This document shows, piece after piece, positions 48,301-61,300 of a stretch of 64,000 bases of DNA. This stretch comes from Magallana gigas. Lineage: Eukaryota. The notes under the pieces are model-generated. The model saw nothing but the letters and a program-made list of their open reading frames with translations. It searched no databases and was not told the DNA's origin. Where the stretch lies: the NCBI RefSeq assembly GCF_963853765.1, contig NC_088858.1, positions 52,142,001 to 52,206,000 of the forward strand, written 5' to 3'. How positions within the stretch are numbered: position 1 is the first letter of the stretch; each line of letters begins with the position of its first letter. A program made the translations under genes and the position numbers.

Positions 48301-50384
48301 AGATTTTGAATTGCTATTGTCTGGAATTTGCAAGAAATCCCAATTACCCCCATCTTCTTACCATTTTTTAAATTTGAAATAATGATTTTTTCATTATAGT
48401 CACAGGTGCTGTAGTTATTTGTGTCTTTTTTTCTGTTTTAAACATTTCTAATAATCTAGTACATGTATACTGGTTATGCAATATTTACTTTCGAAGCATC
48501 TGTATTATTCTATATCATTCCATCCTGCAGTTTAATTACACAAATACGGTAGGCTTAATCTTGACTATTTAAAAAACAAAATGATGTACAAATTTATTTT
48601 ACAGTAAAACATACTTATAGCAAACATGCTTATAATGAAAATATATATACACTTATCGCAAATTCAAGAGAATATTACAAATTATGCTTATATGGAGCAA
48701 ATTGTCATTCCTTGGTAGTTCATTATATTTTAGCCTGCATGATTTACTGTATGCAATCATGCATGGTGAAACAATAAAGTTAAGGATTGCAGATAATAGA
48801 ATTGTGAAATTGAAAATTGATTTATTTGAATTCATATCACAATTTTGATATAAATAAAAATGTTTAAATAAATATGTTTATAAAATAGATAAATAATTAT
48901 GTTTGTATGCAGTTGTACAAAAAAATATGCTGCTTGCATTATTTATAAACAAATCTTAGTGAAAAAGAAGTCTTACATTAAAAAAAGTTAATGAAGTCTT
49001 GCAAGGTTGGAATTAGGTAAATAAAATAGTATAGGATTCAACAGATTTTTTGTTTTTTTCCTGATTGCAATATTAAGTCTGACACTTAGATTGTTAGAGC
49101 AATTATCATTGACCATGTTGACTGAGGTTCTATAATCAAGTTAGTATCATTCAAACTTTATACTTATTCATTCTTGAAACACCATTGTCTGCAAGATAGA
49201 AACAAGAGTATATACTGGTAAGTAAACGCTCAGACAGTGAGGTTACAGACACATGTTGCTGATTCAATCACTGACACGGATTTGGGCCAGCTGTGTCTCC
49301 ACAAGGGTGTGAATGTCCCATGTGCTCCCAGATTTCAAAAAGAAACTTGTGACAGGTCCTAATCATTTTATTGATATGAATGTCTACCCAGCACTTTCTA
49401 AACCAAGGACACTGTATGAAGTGTTATTTATGTTTTAAGGGGCTAGCTGTCTCATGCACAATTCAAATATTCAGTCATGCACACATTGATGACATTGCCA
49501 AAGCATATTTATTTAAAATCACAAATAAATATAACTGTTTATTTGTCTGCATTTGCCAGTCTCAAATGCTACCTTTAATATACAAACATTAAGATGTTCA
49601 CTTTTTGATAAAACCTGAAAAGTGAAATCTTTTAGTTCTGTTTATGTGATCTTGTTGGAAGCGAAGACATAAAATTAACAGTTGGTGATAGGAATTAGTA
49701 CTTTAATGGTCACATCAAATGGAATCGTCATTGATGTTAAGAAATTTCATGACAGACACAGAATATTGATATTGTCTCTGCAGTAAGAGTACATTAAATC
49801 TATATGACAGATAAGTTTATGGCCTCTCTCACAGATTGTCAGTGGAGACTGGGCGAGTTATTGCTCTGTGACACGGTGGTGCAGAAGTCGGTCGGCCCAC
49901 ACACTGCACCCACCTTCCCTCCCACCTCATCAATAGAGGATCCCCAGGGATATATTCCAGGTATAATTGAAGTACCAGTCTTTGTGCTTCAAGAACAATG
50001 CTGGATGCTAGGTTTATTTGCACTCATGAATAGGTGCTGCTATATTGGGGCTATACTGAGCGGTGTTGTCTATATTTGATGGCCCATGGGGTCCCAGATC
50101 AGGATCATTGTTGTCTCACCTACCATCACACAATCTCCGAGTACAACTTTAGAAAGATTTCACTGTCGTTGATCTGATCTGCCCTTGTTTTTGTCAAAAT
50201 TATCCCTAATACTTTAAGTTTATTTATTGCATTTAACTGGCCTGTTTTGTTACAGAATTCTGAGTCATCATTAATCAGAAATACTTGATTGGATAAGTGG
50301 TAATTTTTTAAACAATAATATTATGTATATAAACTTTAGGTTTCAGGGCAATTGGCACTCCACCTTATACCTAAGTTAGCCCAT

Positions 50385-50575
50385 GGTAGTGTACTTTGGT
50401 ATCGTGAACATCAGTATCTCAGTGAACATCAGTATCTCAGTTTGCCATGTTTATGATAAAGTGGTTTGGAAGTCTCAACCACTTTATGAGTCTTTTACCG
50501 CTATGTCTCGAATCCTTGGATAACTGAAGTGAATTCCAGTTCCCATGTAGGTTCAAATATCAAGATTTGACTGTA
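50385..50575. mobile_element. Degenerate MITE related to the 39613/53230 family
   Basis: Ends ...tcaagatttgactg|TA, with internal ctcgaatcc and gaacatcagtatctc similarity; the left end is decayed. Confidence 0.5.
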
Positions 50576-52326
50576 TACTGATATGCCTGTATTGTGTTTT
50601 ACATTTAAGTTTTTGGGAACTATTTGGTAATACCATGTTGAATTAATATATAAGAGGTTCTGTGATCATAAGCAATATTCCTGATAATAGGAAATCATGT
50701 TTTAAAATTTTCTAGAGGAATGTGCCCAAGTTATGATTTCCCTGAGAACATCAGCATCAGTAGCCATGGCCTGTGAATTAATGGAGCTTACGTTGTTGTT
50801 AAGTCCTTACCAGGGGCTCCATCATCCATGTAGTCTTGTCTGCCTTTAGCCCTGATCCTTTGAAGACCTTGCCTTGTCAGGGAGAGATGGTGACACTACC
50901 AGTGCTTATCCGGATTAAAGCCTGATTAACGCTGATGGTTTTGGCTGAAAGTCATGATTAATAATCACTTCTGACAAGGTTCTGCTGAAAGCCTTTCATC
51001 AAAATCCAAAAATACTGACAGTTTTCTTGATCTATTATAATCATTCCCAGCAATACCAGCTCTATCGACTAATGGTGGTGATTAGGATCTTGACAAGACT
51101 GTCAAATGACAGTGATGAAGTCCGAACCTTGTTAAGCTTTGTTTTTTTTTTTTCATTTTTCCTGTTTAATTTTGAGGACTTATTGGAAGGTGCTTGTAAT
51201 GTAATGAGAGGATTGTTGGTCTTTAATTCAGGTAATTTTAGGTCATGGCTTGTTGGACTGATGTTAGAGTAGATGTCTTGACAGCTTTTATCTGAGAGGT
51301 AGATTAAAAGGACATGAGGATATAATTGCACCTGCAGTAATGAGATATAGGGCCGGGACAGATGTTATAGGACCATACTTATTGATCAGACTGGGCTCTG
51401 ATGCATTATAATGTTTATATGTTTCCGTTTTTTTGCACAATGAATGACTTGGTGAGGTAATCATTAATTGAGTGTTTCTGTTACAGCCCCCCCCCCCCCC
51501 CCATCCCCTGGGATCGGCCGTGTATGCTGATGTTGCACAGTGACGGATCACCTGAACCTAAGTGACAATCCAAACTAATATAGCACACATTTTTCATGGA
51601 TTAGCCGTGATTCACTTCCTGTGCCCACTAGCGATTTTCAGGTAATTATAGATTTCAATTCAGATGTAATGGATCAGACAAGCAGTGTATAAAATGATAG
51701 AATCACGAAACATCCTTGATAAAAATCAGATACCGTTCCTTTCTAAACCCCTTCAATATAACAACCACAACGAGGTTAGAAGAGGTCAAGCTGAGTGGTA
51801 AGGAATGCATCCCATTCAATGTCTATATAATCTGATCCGTTTCTTGGATGGAATTTCATTTTCTTCAGATGCATTATGAAGTGCAGATTTTTCATTAATA
51901 AAATGACAAGTAGCAACTTATTAGTGAAACATGATTTATTTTTGACCAAGTTTCTCCGAAACACCTGCGTGTAATGAAGAAAAAATAACACTGGATTTGA
52001 TGGGAAAATGAAATTATTCCAATAGTTCTGTTGTTAGCTATCAAATCTGTACAATGTCCAAGATGTTTTTGTTTGACTGTTATAAGGTTATGCTTCATAT
52101 AAATTAAACAAAAATCATTATTGTTCAATAATTTTAAAACATATTTGAGTACATTTTTTTTGTTTGTTTTCTATTAGAAAAAGGTGTGACTCATCATGCA
52201 TCCTTATAGAATGCTTAGAAAAATATGTACCAGTTCAACAATGGTTGGTTATCTACAGGACTCGGCAGCCCTCAGTCGGATGACACCTGAAGGCACTTAC
52301 TGACCAGCTGCCTAGCCAGGATCAAC

Positions 52327-55300
52327 ATGAGGTAAAGCTTCTGGGTGAACTTGACCTTTTAAATTTATACGAGAGTTTATGCAAAAGTGATTTCACGAGA
52401 GTTTATGCAAAAGTGATTTCACGGATGGATGAATTTATGGAAGTTCAGGGCAAAACAACTGAATATTTTTTGCTCTTTTTCAGATCCGATCTGCTATATT
52501 AACAAAAAATTTTCACTTTATGAAATATCAAACTTATCATAAACAAGCCGTGAAAGTAATCACTGAACACTGGGGACATTATGTGGATTACTGACAGTAA
52601 TTGTCTCGCTCTACTCATTTTTCTTCTAATTGCTTTTAAGTAATGCATACGACCTTCCATAAAATATTGTTTACTTATACCTATAAGGAAATTTTCACTA
52701 CACTCTTTTTCAATATTAGTTTGTTGTATAAGTTATATTAGTGTCTTAACCAATGATTTCAATAATATTTGAATAAAATTGAATGAAATTAATTTAAAAC
52801 TGAATGTCATTGAAACATCTTTTTTTCAGTCTTTTATGATATTTGATAGAAATGTCAAGGTCAGTTGTGTACATGTTGACTATTGTAGTACAAAGAACTT
52901 TTTAAAAATATATCATCAAGTAAAACATGTATTATCGATAATTCTCTATAAATTAAATTTTTCTTCAAAGATGCATTACAACCAAATGTATACCAACTTA
53001 ATTATTCTCATGAGAGGAATTAATAGGTGATGACTACAAATATTTTCCTGTCAAAATTATACACCTGTTTGAACTAATGTTTAGAAACAAAGTCCATGAT
53101 ACATTAACTGTTATGAATTCAGTCTGAATTGTGAAAATTTGTTAGACAATTCACTGTATCATAAGTAAATTATGAAATAAAGTAGTAACTAGCAAGTGAA
53201 GTCAGATGGTTGTCTCATATGTCATATACCACTGTCAAACTTCGTTAACTCAAACTAGATGGGACTGTTTAATAACTTCGATATATCCGAGTATTCGAGA
53301 TATCTAGGGTAAAGTACATTGTACATAAAAAATAAGTGCTTGGGACTTAAAAATCACTTCGACATAACCATTATATTCGAGATATCAGTGTTCAAGATAT
53401 CAAAGTTCAACTGTATGTGATAATTTTGTCTCTTTGGTCAACATGATATATGCAGATTGCTTTGACCATGATGACTTGTTTTTATTTAGTGGGTATTGTT
53501 AGAATACAGTGCAGCCTTCATGTACCAAAGCACTGGTCAATATTGTAGCCTTATGATTTTTGACTGAAAGTGAAATCAGCTTGTTTTACTTGAAAATGCA
53601 CTGAAACCAATGAGGCAGAGGTCATTGACTCTATCTGAGGTACTACAGCTAAATATAGAGATTCTGAGTTGATCATCCTCAATTGTAGAGCGCATGCATT
53701 GCTTTACTGTAACTTTTGTCTATATATAGAAAGATAGTCGCCTGTGCTTGGCTTAGTGAGTGAGATTTAGAGAAATGTTTTTTCTTTACTTGAATTTTGA
53801 GGAGCTTTTATGAAATGTCTTTCAAGAGAAAGCTGCTGACTAAGCAAAAAAAACAGTATAAAGAGTGAAACATATACATGTATTAAATATGTATATTTGA
53901 ATTGAATTCACTGCATACTTGCTGAATTTTACTTTTCTTGCTAAATTAACAATCTACAGGCATGCACGTTTTTAGAAAGAAAAAAAAGCGTTTTCTGCTG
54001 TCATTTCTTGAAATGTCCATGATTCTGGTTTTAACTGGTTATTTAGTGGAGCAGCTAGGGGCCAGTCATTAAGCATGATGATTGACAGGGAGACTCCGTG
54101 TAGGTTTCCCTGCACCAACCATTAGAAGCAGCCCCCTGGGAGTTCCAGCAATTACGCTGTTGCAAATTGATTCTAAATATACTCTTATTTTAATATTCAT
54201 CTGAGCTTGGAGACATTTTCACCAATAATTGTGGGAGCATGTCACAGTTTTGTAAATTAAAATTTTAAGGAGTAGACTTCCGTATCATCTGATGCATTAA
54301 AAGGTGCATACTTTAGTGGTAAACTAATGGGAGAGAAAACTGTATTGTTCCACCCCTTATTATTTATAGATACCTGAGTCAGAGGCGAAAAAAAAGGATG
54401 AAAGGTTTTTTTTTACTTTCGTTGGATATAATATTTTTTTCTTGTAAGATAAGATTTTTACAAGATTTCGCGTAGTGTTAACTGAGTGAAGATGTCTGTG
54501 TAATTTTGCAGTCGGCAGTCGATGTGAACTGAATCTTTTATCCTATTAAAAGCACATTTTGTTGCTATTGTTGTAGCACTAACAGGGAATCCCTTTGATT
54601 TATTTTACACACCTTATGAGCAGGTTGAAACAGTTACCAAAATAATTCCCCTACTGTGGAGAGTTAACGAGTAATCCTGACTTTTAACTCTGACTTTTGG
54701 GTTCTATGTTGAGGAGAGGCTTGCAGTTTTAAGGAATTAGCGGGGCAGCTTCTCCTCCGATTCCTGTGGAGACGGAATTAGCCCTAACTACCAGCAATTA
54801 CCTGTTACCACCTTCTGTATGGAAATGAGGAGATTTAGATCAGATCATCCTGTTGAACTAGCAAAGGGGGTTTGATTTTGTGCTTCCCCATGACTTTTTA
54901 TGAAGCTGTAGCCCTGTCCTGACAAATTATGGTGGGTGATTCCCGACTCCCTGATGTGTAATATGTGTGCAAGTTATGCATAAATTATTGCTAAAGTGAT
55001 TAACAATGGGAAAGATCCACTGATGGCTTGCTCCTCCATTGATGGCTTAATGCTCCTCATTAATTTGGATAGTTCTATGATTTGATTGGACACCTGATGA
55101 AACCCACATGTTCTTAAGACGGAGAATTTCATCCTGCAATGTTTTTATTTTGAAAAAATGCACACAAAGGTGGAAACCTTTTTGTATTAAGTGTTTATAG
55201 CTGGAGAATACTGGAGGCTTTTGTGGTTATTTGGAAGGATATGTTAAACGTTAACCATCAAGTAGTCCTAGCTTCCTGTCCACGCCACGAGAGTCGCTAA

Positions 55301-58300
55301 TGTGCGGAACAGTACGTACATTTGAATATTAAGCCGACAGTGAAGGACCTTTCCCTCAACTTATTCTAATGCTCTTGGTGACATGTCTTTGTGAATTTTA
55401 CTCTATGGATTTCAATATTAAGCTGACAGTGAAGGACCTTTTCCTAGGGTTATAATTCTAATGCTCTTGGTGACATGTTTCTGTGAATTTTATTCTGTGG
55501 ACTTCTACATCAGAATGTCAAGGTAAGAGATCCATTGACTTGCCTGGAATCTGGTGTTTTGAGGATTAGCTCACTGTGTGTGGTTTATTTTCTGAAATAA
55601 ATACCGTTAAATAAGATTTAATTATCAATGATATCCTAAAAATTATTCAATTAGTTAGGCTAGAATGTAATTTGAAAAAAATAAATTACTGGGTCAAATC
55701 CATTTAACATTTGATAAGACAGCATTATTCATACATAAATTTGTGACCATGCAATGCTACTCTGCTCTGGTATTAATCAACAAGGCATGTGTTGTGCATG
55801 ACATGTACTGACATTTTTTTTAGCTCAGATTTGAACTTGATATATAATTATGAAAAGGAATTAAATTTTTATATATTTTAAGTAATTGATATTTTACATG
55901 CTATATATAAGACATTAAATATTATTTGTGAACATATCCATGGAGGGCTGCATGTAATTATGTTGACCAGGATAATATGATTTTTGGGGGAAAATATTGA
56001 TTATTTATGTTTTTGACTATTTAAGTGATAACCTTTTAAAATTAGGACAAATTATGAGTGATTTAGTGGATTTTATTTTGTTTGATATTTTATTCATTAA
56101 TCAGTAGAAATTGTTCCGTCAGGTACTATGATGTATGAAAGTTATAAAATTGATAATTTATTTACAGTTTAAAGTATTGGAAATGATGAAATATGTCACA
56201 GTTAGCATAACAAGAGTTGAATCAGTAATTCAATATACATTTTGGGTATATAAGTATGAAGGAAACATAATTTTGTACTAGAGATAAAAGGTAACTAAAT
56301 GGTGTTTTCATTAATCAAAAAGGTTAAGATAGCAGGATCCATAAATTTGATACTGTTTGATGGACAATGGGGGAGAGATTTAAATTGAGACATGTCAACT
56401 ATTATAAGAATTAAAAACCAGACAGAGTCATCATCTTATGAAAATTAAAACATACAATTAAGGTACTTCACTACATCAAGAATTGTACTTTTCAAATACA
56501 GTGTCACAAAATGACATTTTAAATGTTTTGTTAAATTGTTTCTATCAAATAATTGATTTTGTTGAATATCATCATAGCTGGTTAAAGTATCGGGCTTGTG
56601 AACTGCAAAAGATGAGTTCAAATCCGCCTTGGGTTTACAATTAATTTAATTTTGACTTATATACTTATTTTGCATCAAACTCGATACTAGTTGAGGATTG
56701 ACTTACAGAGACTGAGTCTGTTGGACATATTATTTGAGGGTGTTCAGTGACAATGGATATAAATGATTAACTTGATTGTAAATATTGAGTTCTTATGTAA
56801 AGTGATACCTTGGAGGATACAGGTAAGGCCCATTAAAATGAAATGAAAATGAACATTATATCAACTGTCATTTGATGGTATCAACTATCAAGTTAAAAGA
56901 TGCTAATGTAAAATAATTTCTTACCTTGGTAGCTTTTGTATTGAAGTGATTGACATCTTGACTCTGGACTACAGTTGAGCTTTCACCTGACTTCCCTTTG
57001 TTGTATATATATCTCATATTAACTTTAAGTGAACAAAATCTACTTGATTTGTGATCTGAATGTTTTAATTTTGCCATCATTAAATATATATAGATTAATT
57101 TGTCTCTTTTGACTTTAACTGGAATCATTTGGTTTCAGAGAGTGCCAGGATTTTTGAAATACAATTGATGCATTTTAAGGTATTTTTATCCTTCCCCCAA
57201 ATGTCTACAATGTACCGGTACCCTTAAATACGTGAACTACCTTAAAATGAGGAGAAAGAATTTATGTTAGCTACATAACCCTTTTCATGGTTATGCATGT
57301 ACGTGAATGTCTTAATGAACAGTACATTTGTATAGATCAAATTATGTTATAGGAATCCATTCTGAATATTTTAATTGGACTTTATATTTTTGAATATATT
57401 TATAATGCTAAAATCTTAGAATTTTTATTTCACTCAACATCTTGATCAATACTTACAATGTAAATGTATACTTTGAGTTCAATTAAGTGTAAATTAAAAA
57501 AAAAAGTAGAAAATAAAACACGAAAAAAAATCTTAAAATTGACTGAAAAGCTATAACTATGCCAATGGTAGTGAATTTTTCATCTGTACTTGTTTATGTG
57601 CCATTGGAGTTTGATCCTCCCCATGTGTGAGCGCTTTACGTGATGTGAGTGAATCACAGGTCAGGGGTCAAACAACAGACACTGCTCCAACCCCCTTAAT
57701 GTTTGTAAAAAAAAATAATAGCTCGGCAGCAGTCATCCTAAAATAGACACTACTCAGGCTAAATATAGATTGGATGAGAGGATCAGAGTGTGGATTGAAT
57801 GGATTGACTGTTGGTGGGGGCCGTGAGAGATGACATCAGAGAAAGCTGGTGGCCAGATTGATCCCAGCCACCAGTCAATAAATCCACGATCACAGACTTT
57901 AATAACGATACAGCTGCTTCTCTGTGATTCAGAGGGGGGAGTTATGGATATAATACAGCATGCATGCATACATGTATGTAAACATGAAATCATTCAGAAT
58001 ATGGAACAATTACTTGTATAAGGCTAACTTAATTCCTCATTTAGTATAATTGTATTTGATGGTAAAAGAAAGAGTTTTTGCTGATAACTCATCATTGATA
58101 TCATGATTAAAAATTCAATGTGCACTGATTTAAAATTTTCAAGATTTTGAAAATTTATTCAACTTATACTGTGATATGCCACAAAAATGTGTTTTTGATA
58201 TCATTAAGTCTGACATCACTGTGTGTTTGTGATATCACCATGTGTCTTTGTATATCAGTAGGAGTGATATCACCATGCTGATCGATATCTTCATATAATG

Positions 58301-61300
58301 TATAATGTATATTTGATATCTTGACTAAGTGAAAGTGATACAACTAGAGTATATGTGATATTTCTGTCAGATACCAATTAGCATGATATCATTATGTGTA
58401 CATGATATCACATGTATTTGATATCTAGAGTGTCTAGACTAAGTGTGATGAGCCTTGGTATATGTGATATGACCACATGCATTTGATATCACTATATGTA
58501 CACATACATTACCACTACCATTTTACCACTGCATTGTCGTCCACAGATATGCCCGGCTGATAGCACACTATCCCTATGTGATCGTCGTCAGCATCCTGTG
58601 CCTAGCCGTCCTGTGTCTGGTGTTGTGTCTGACTGTGGTGGAACTTCCAAACTTCCAGGATCCCAAAGCAGTAAGAGCTCAGTGATCTTAGAATGTATAT
58701 TTATTTTAGGCCATCCTTAAAAAAATGTTTGTTTTGAATTGCTGCCTGGAGGTTTTTTAGACCCAGGAGGGAGGAAGGGATTTTTTTTTTATTTTTCAAG
58801 CTTGAAATTTCACTACTGGTGTCATTTCAAACTGGTAAAAAATAAAAATCTCCATATTAAATAAGTTCTTTATCATTTGCTTATAAAATTTTATCAGCGG
58901 GGGTATTTTAATGAGGCGGGAGGCAATTCCAACCAAACAATAATTTTATTTTGGCTTTATCTTCCCTTTTTTCATTTCTTTAACTAAAAGCTACACCATC
59001 TTGTGATGAGTGACCATTTGACTAGTCAGGTTTGGGCCAAGATCATAAGGACAGGCATCAATGCATTACTGGATTATAATTTTGAAATTGTCTTCTTACT
59101 AAAGTTTTCGGATGATTATCCTGGCAAAAGTTAACAAAATCAGTGACAAAGATTTGATTAACCTTTATACATAACTTCTTAAAATGAATCTTTTCTCTAT
59201 GCTCAACACTCTAAAATAGCTAAATAAAGCCAGAAAGTTGACTTGCCCCCCCCCCAAAAAAAAAAGTGTATACTGTGTATAACTCACCCAAAGCAGTTAA
59301 ATTTATTCATAAGTCAGGTATGAAATGAAAGAGCAAGTTCCTAAACAAATGTTAAAATTTTTCAAAATTTCAGAACGATGCCATTTGTGTTTCAAAGAAT
59401 TGTATTAGTTTTTATTTTCATCTGTTATTTTGTTATATATTCATACTAAACAAGTTTTACCTCATGTTCTAGTTAAGTTCATTATCTAGTTAATAATACC
59501 GGAGTCTTTTTGATGGCTAAACCGTTATGATGTCATAATTGATTTGTTAATTTTTTTCTCTGTACTTTATGATATTTAAGGAATTATGTAGAAAATGAAA
59601 CAGTTTCTATACATTCTATATTAAATCATGAGAAAAGTAATTCTGGTACCTATATTCAATTTGACATCATTTTAAAGAGGAGGTCAAGAGCTTGTTTGAT
59701 GTTGTTTTAGAAGAGACTGTATGCATTCTAGATTTATTTGATTAGTCTTAAATGGACAAAACACTGAGATTTGTTACTTACCGGTATTTCCTTCATATTA
59801 TATATATTGACTGTTAAAAACATGATTTTTAATTGTGTTCACCAAATATTTTAATCCAGATACGCCCTATCAAACAAAGCTATTGTTATGAAACATCATA
59901 GAAAGAATCTATGTTCTGAATTTCATAAACCTGTAGGCACCTTTCATTTACTAGATCTTGACCTTAAGTGTATAAACTTGTTACCTTAGGGATTTGAACC
60001 CAGAGGAACTGAAATAGCAAACAAAATCATTGCTTATAACAACTTGGTGCAGAACCTTGATGGGAAGCTCTCCCTCAGTCCAGCGGGTCAGAAGTGGGGC
60101 TTCGAGGGGGAGGCCATCCAATACAGCACAGAAAACCAGACCCAGGTACCACAATTAGGGGAACAATCGATGGGACAGCCGGTCAAGCGTTCTATTGATG
60201 AAAGCAGTTCTCCTCACTTCCAAGATTCTTTTTTTTGTGAAATTCCAGGTAAATGATAACTGGTTTATTTTTTTTTAAGGAAGTTTATGAGAGCAATTGG
60301 TTTAATATTTCAAATGTTCATATTATTATTAGTCAAAACAATTATCATTATCTTTTTAAACTGAAAATCTTAAAAAACAATTTTATATTTTTGATTTTTC
60401 AGGAAGCTACTTTCCACTCTTTGCAAGGATTGTCTTTACCAGTGCTGATGGCAGCAATCTGTTTACGGCTTCCAAACTCCAACAGATGTGCCGTATTGAG
60501 GACAACCATATTCGATCGCATTCCACATTCTCCAGTAATTGTCAGACTAAAAAGAGCAATCAGTGTTGCCTAAGCTGGTCTCTAGGCAACTATGTTACTC
60601 TGCTGTCTGGAAAGAGCAACTGTTCCTCCATTACTGAGGAGGATGTCAAAGCAGTGCAGGAGTTGCTGACAACTTGTGCTGGACATTACTACAACATGAC
60701 ATTAAGTCAATGTCACACAAGCCGATCTCGCCATTATTGCTCAGGTGTTCCCGAAAAGTGTGTGAAATTCCAGTCAGTGTACAACATTCTTCACCACATA
60801 GCGGATGTGAACTTTGTACACCCAAACAAGGATGGCCAAGAGCCATTTCTGACATATGCTGTGACATTTCTCCCTGTGGTGGGTGGCGTGGACTCTGTAG
60901 AACTTTTTGAACACATCGAATCGTGGCCTAGAGATTTTGGTAGCGATGTCCGCGTTTTTGGTGCTAATTTTGGAATCAAGGATACATTATTCAACCAGCA
61001 ATTAATTGCAGATAGTATATGGCTACTGATATCTGGGGTTCTAATATTTTTGGTTGTATGGGTATATAGTTTGTCAATTTTTGTTACAATAATGACGTTT
61101 TTTATGATGTTTTGGTCGCTAGTAATGGCGTATTTTTTATACACGATGGTGTTTGCCATACCCTTCTTTCCATATATGAATCTCGTTGCCATTATCATAA
61201 TTCTTGCACTTGGTGCAGATGACGTATTTATATATTGTAAGGTCTGGCAAATGGCCAAATCTGAACGAAATAATGGGACTCTCGAAAAAATAGTGTTGGA

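Noticed and set aside
49800-55150. GC-richer non-repetitive patches in dispatched introns as a nested gene or enhancers
   Set aside because: No consistent exon chain or recognisable peptide; regulatory conservation cannot be judged without a multi-species alignment.
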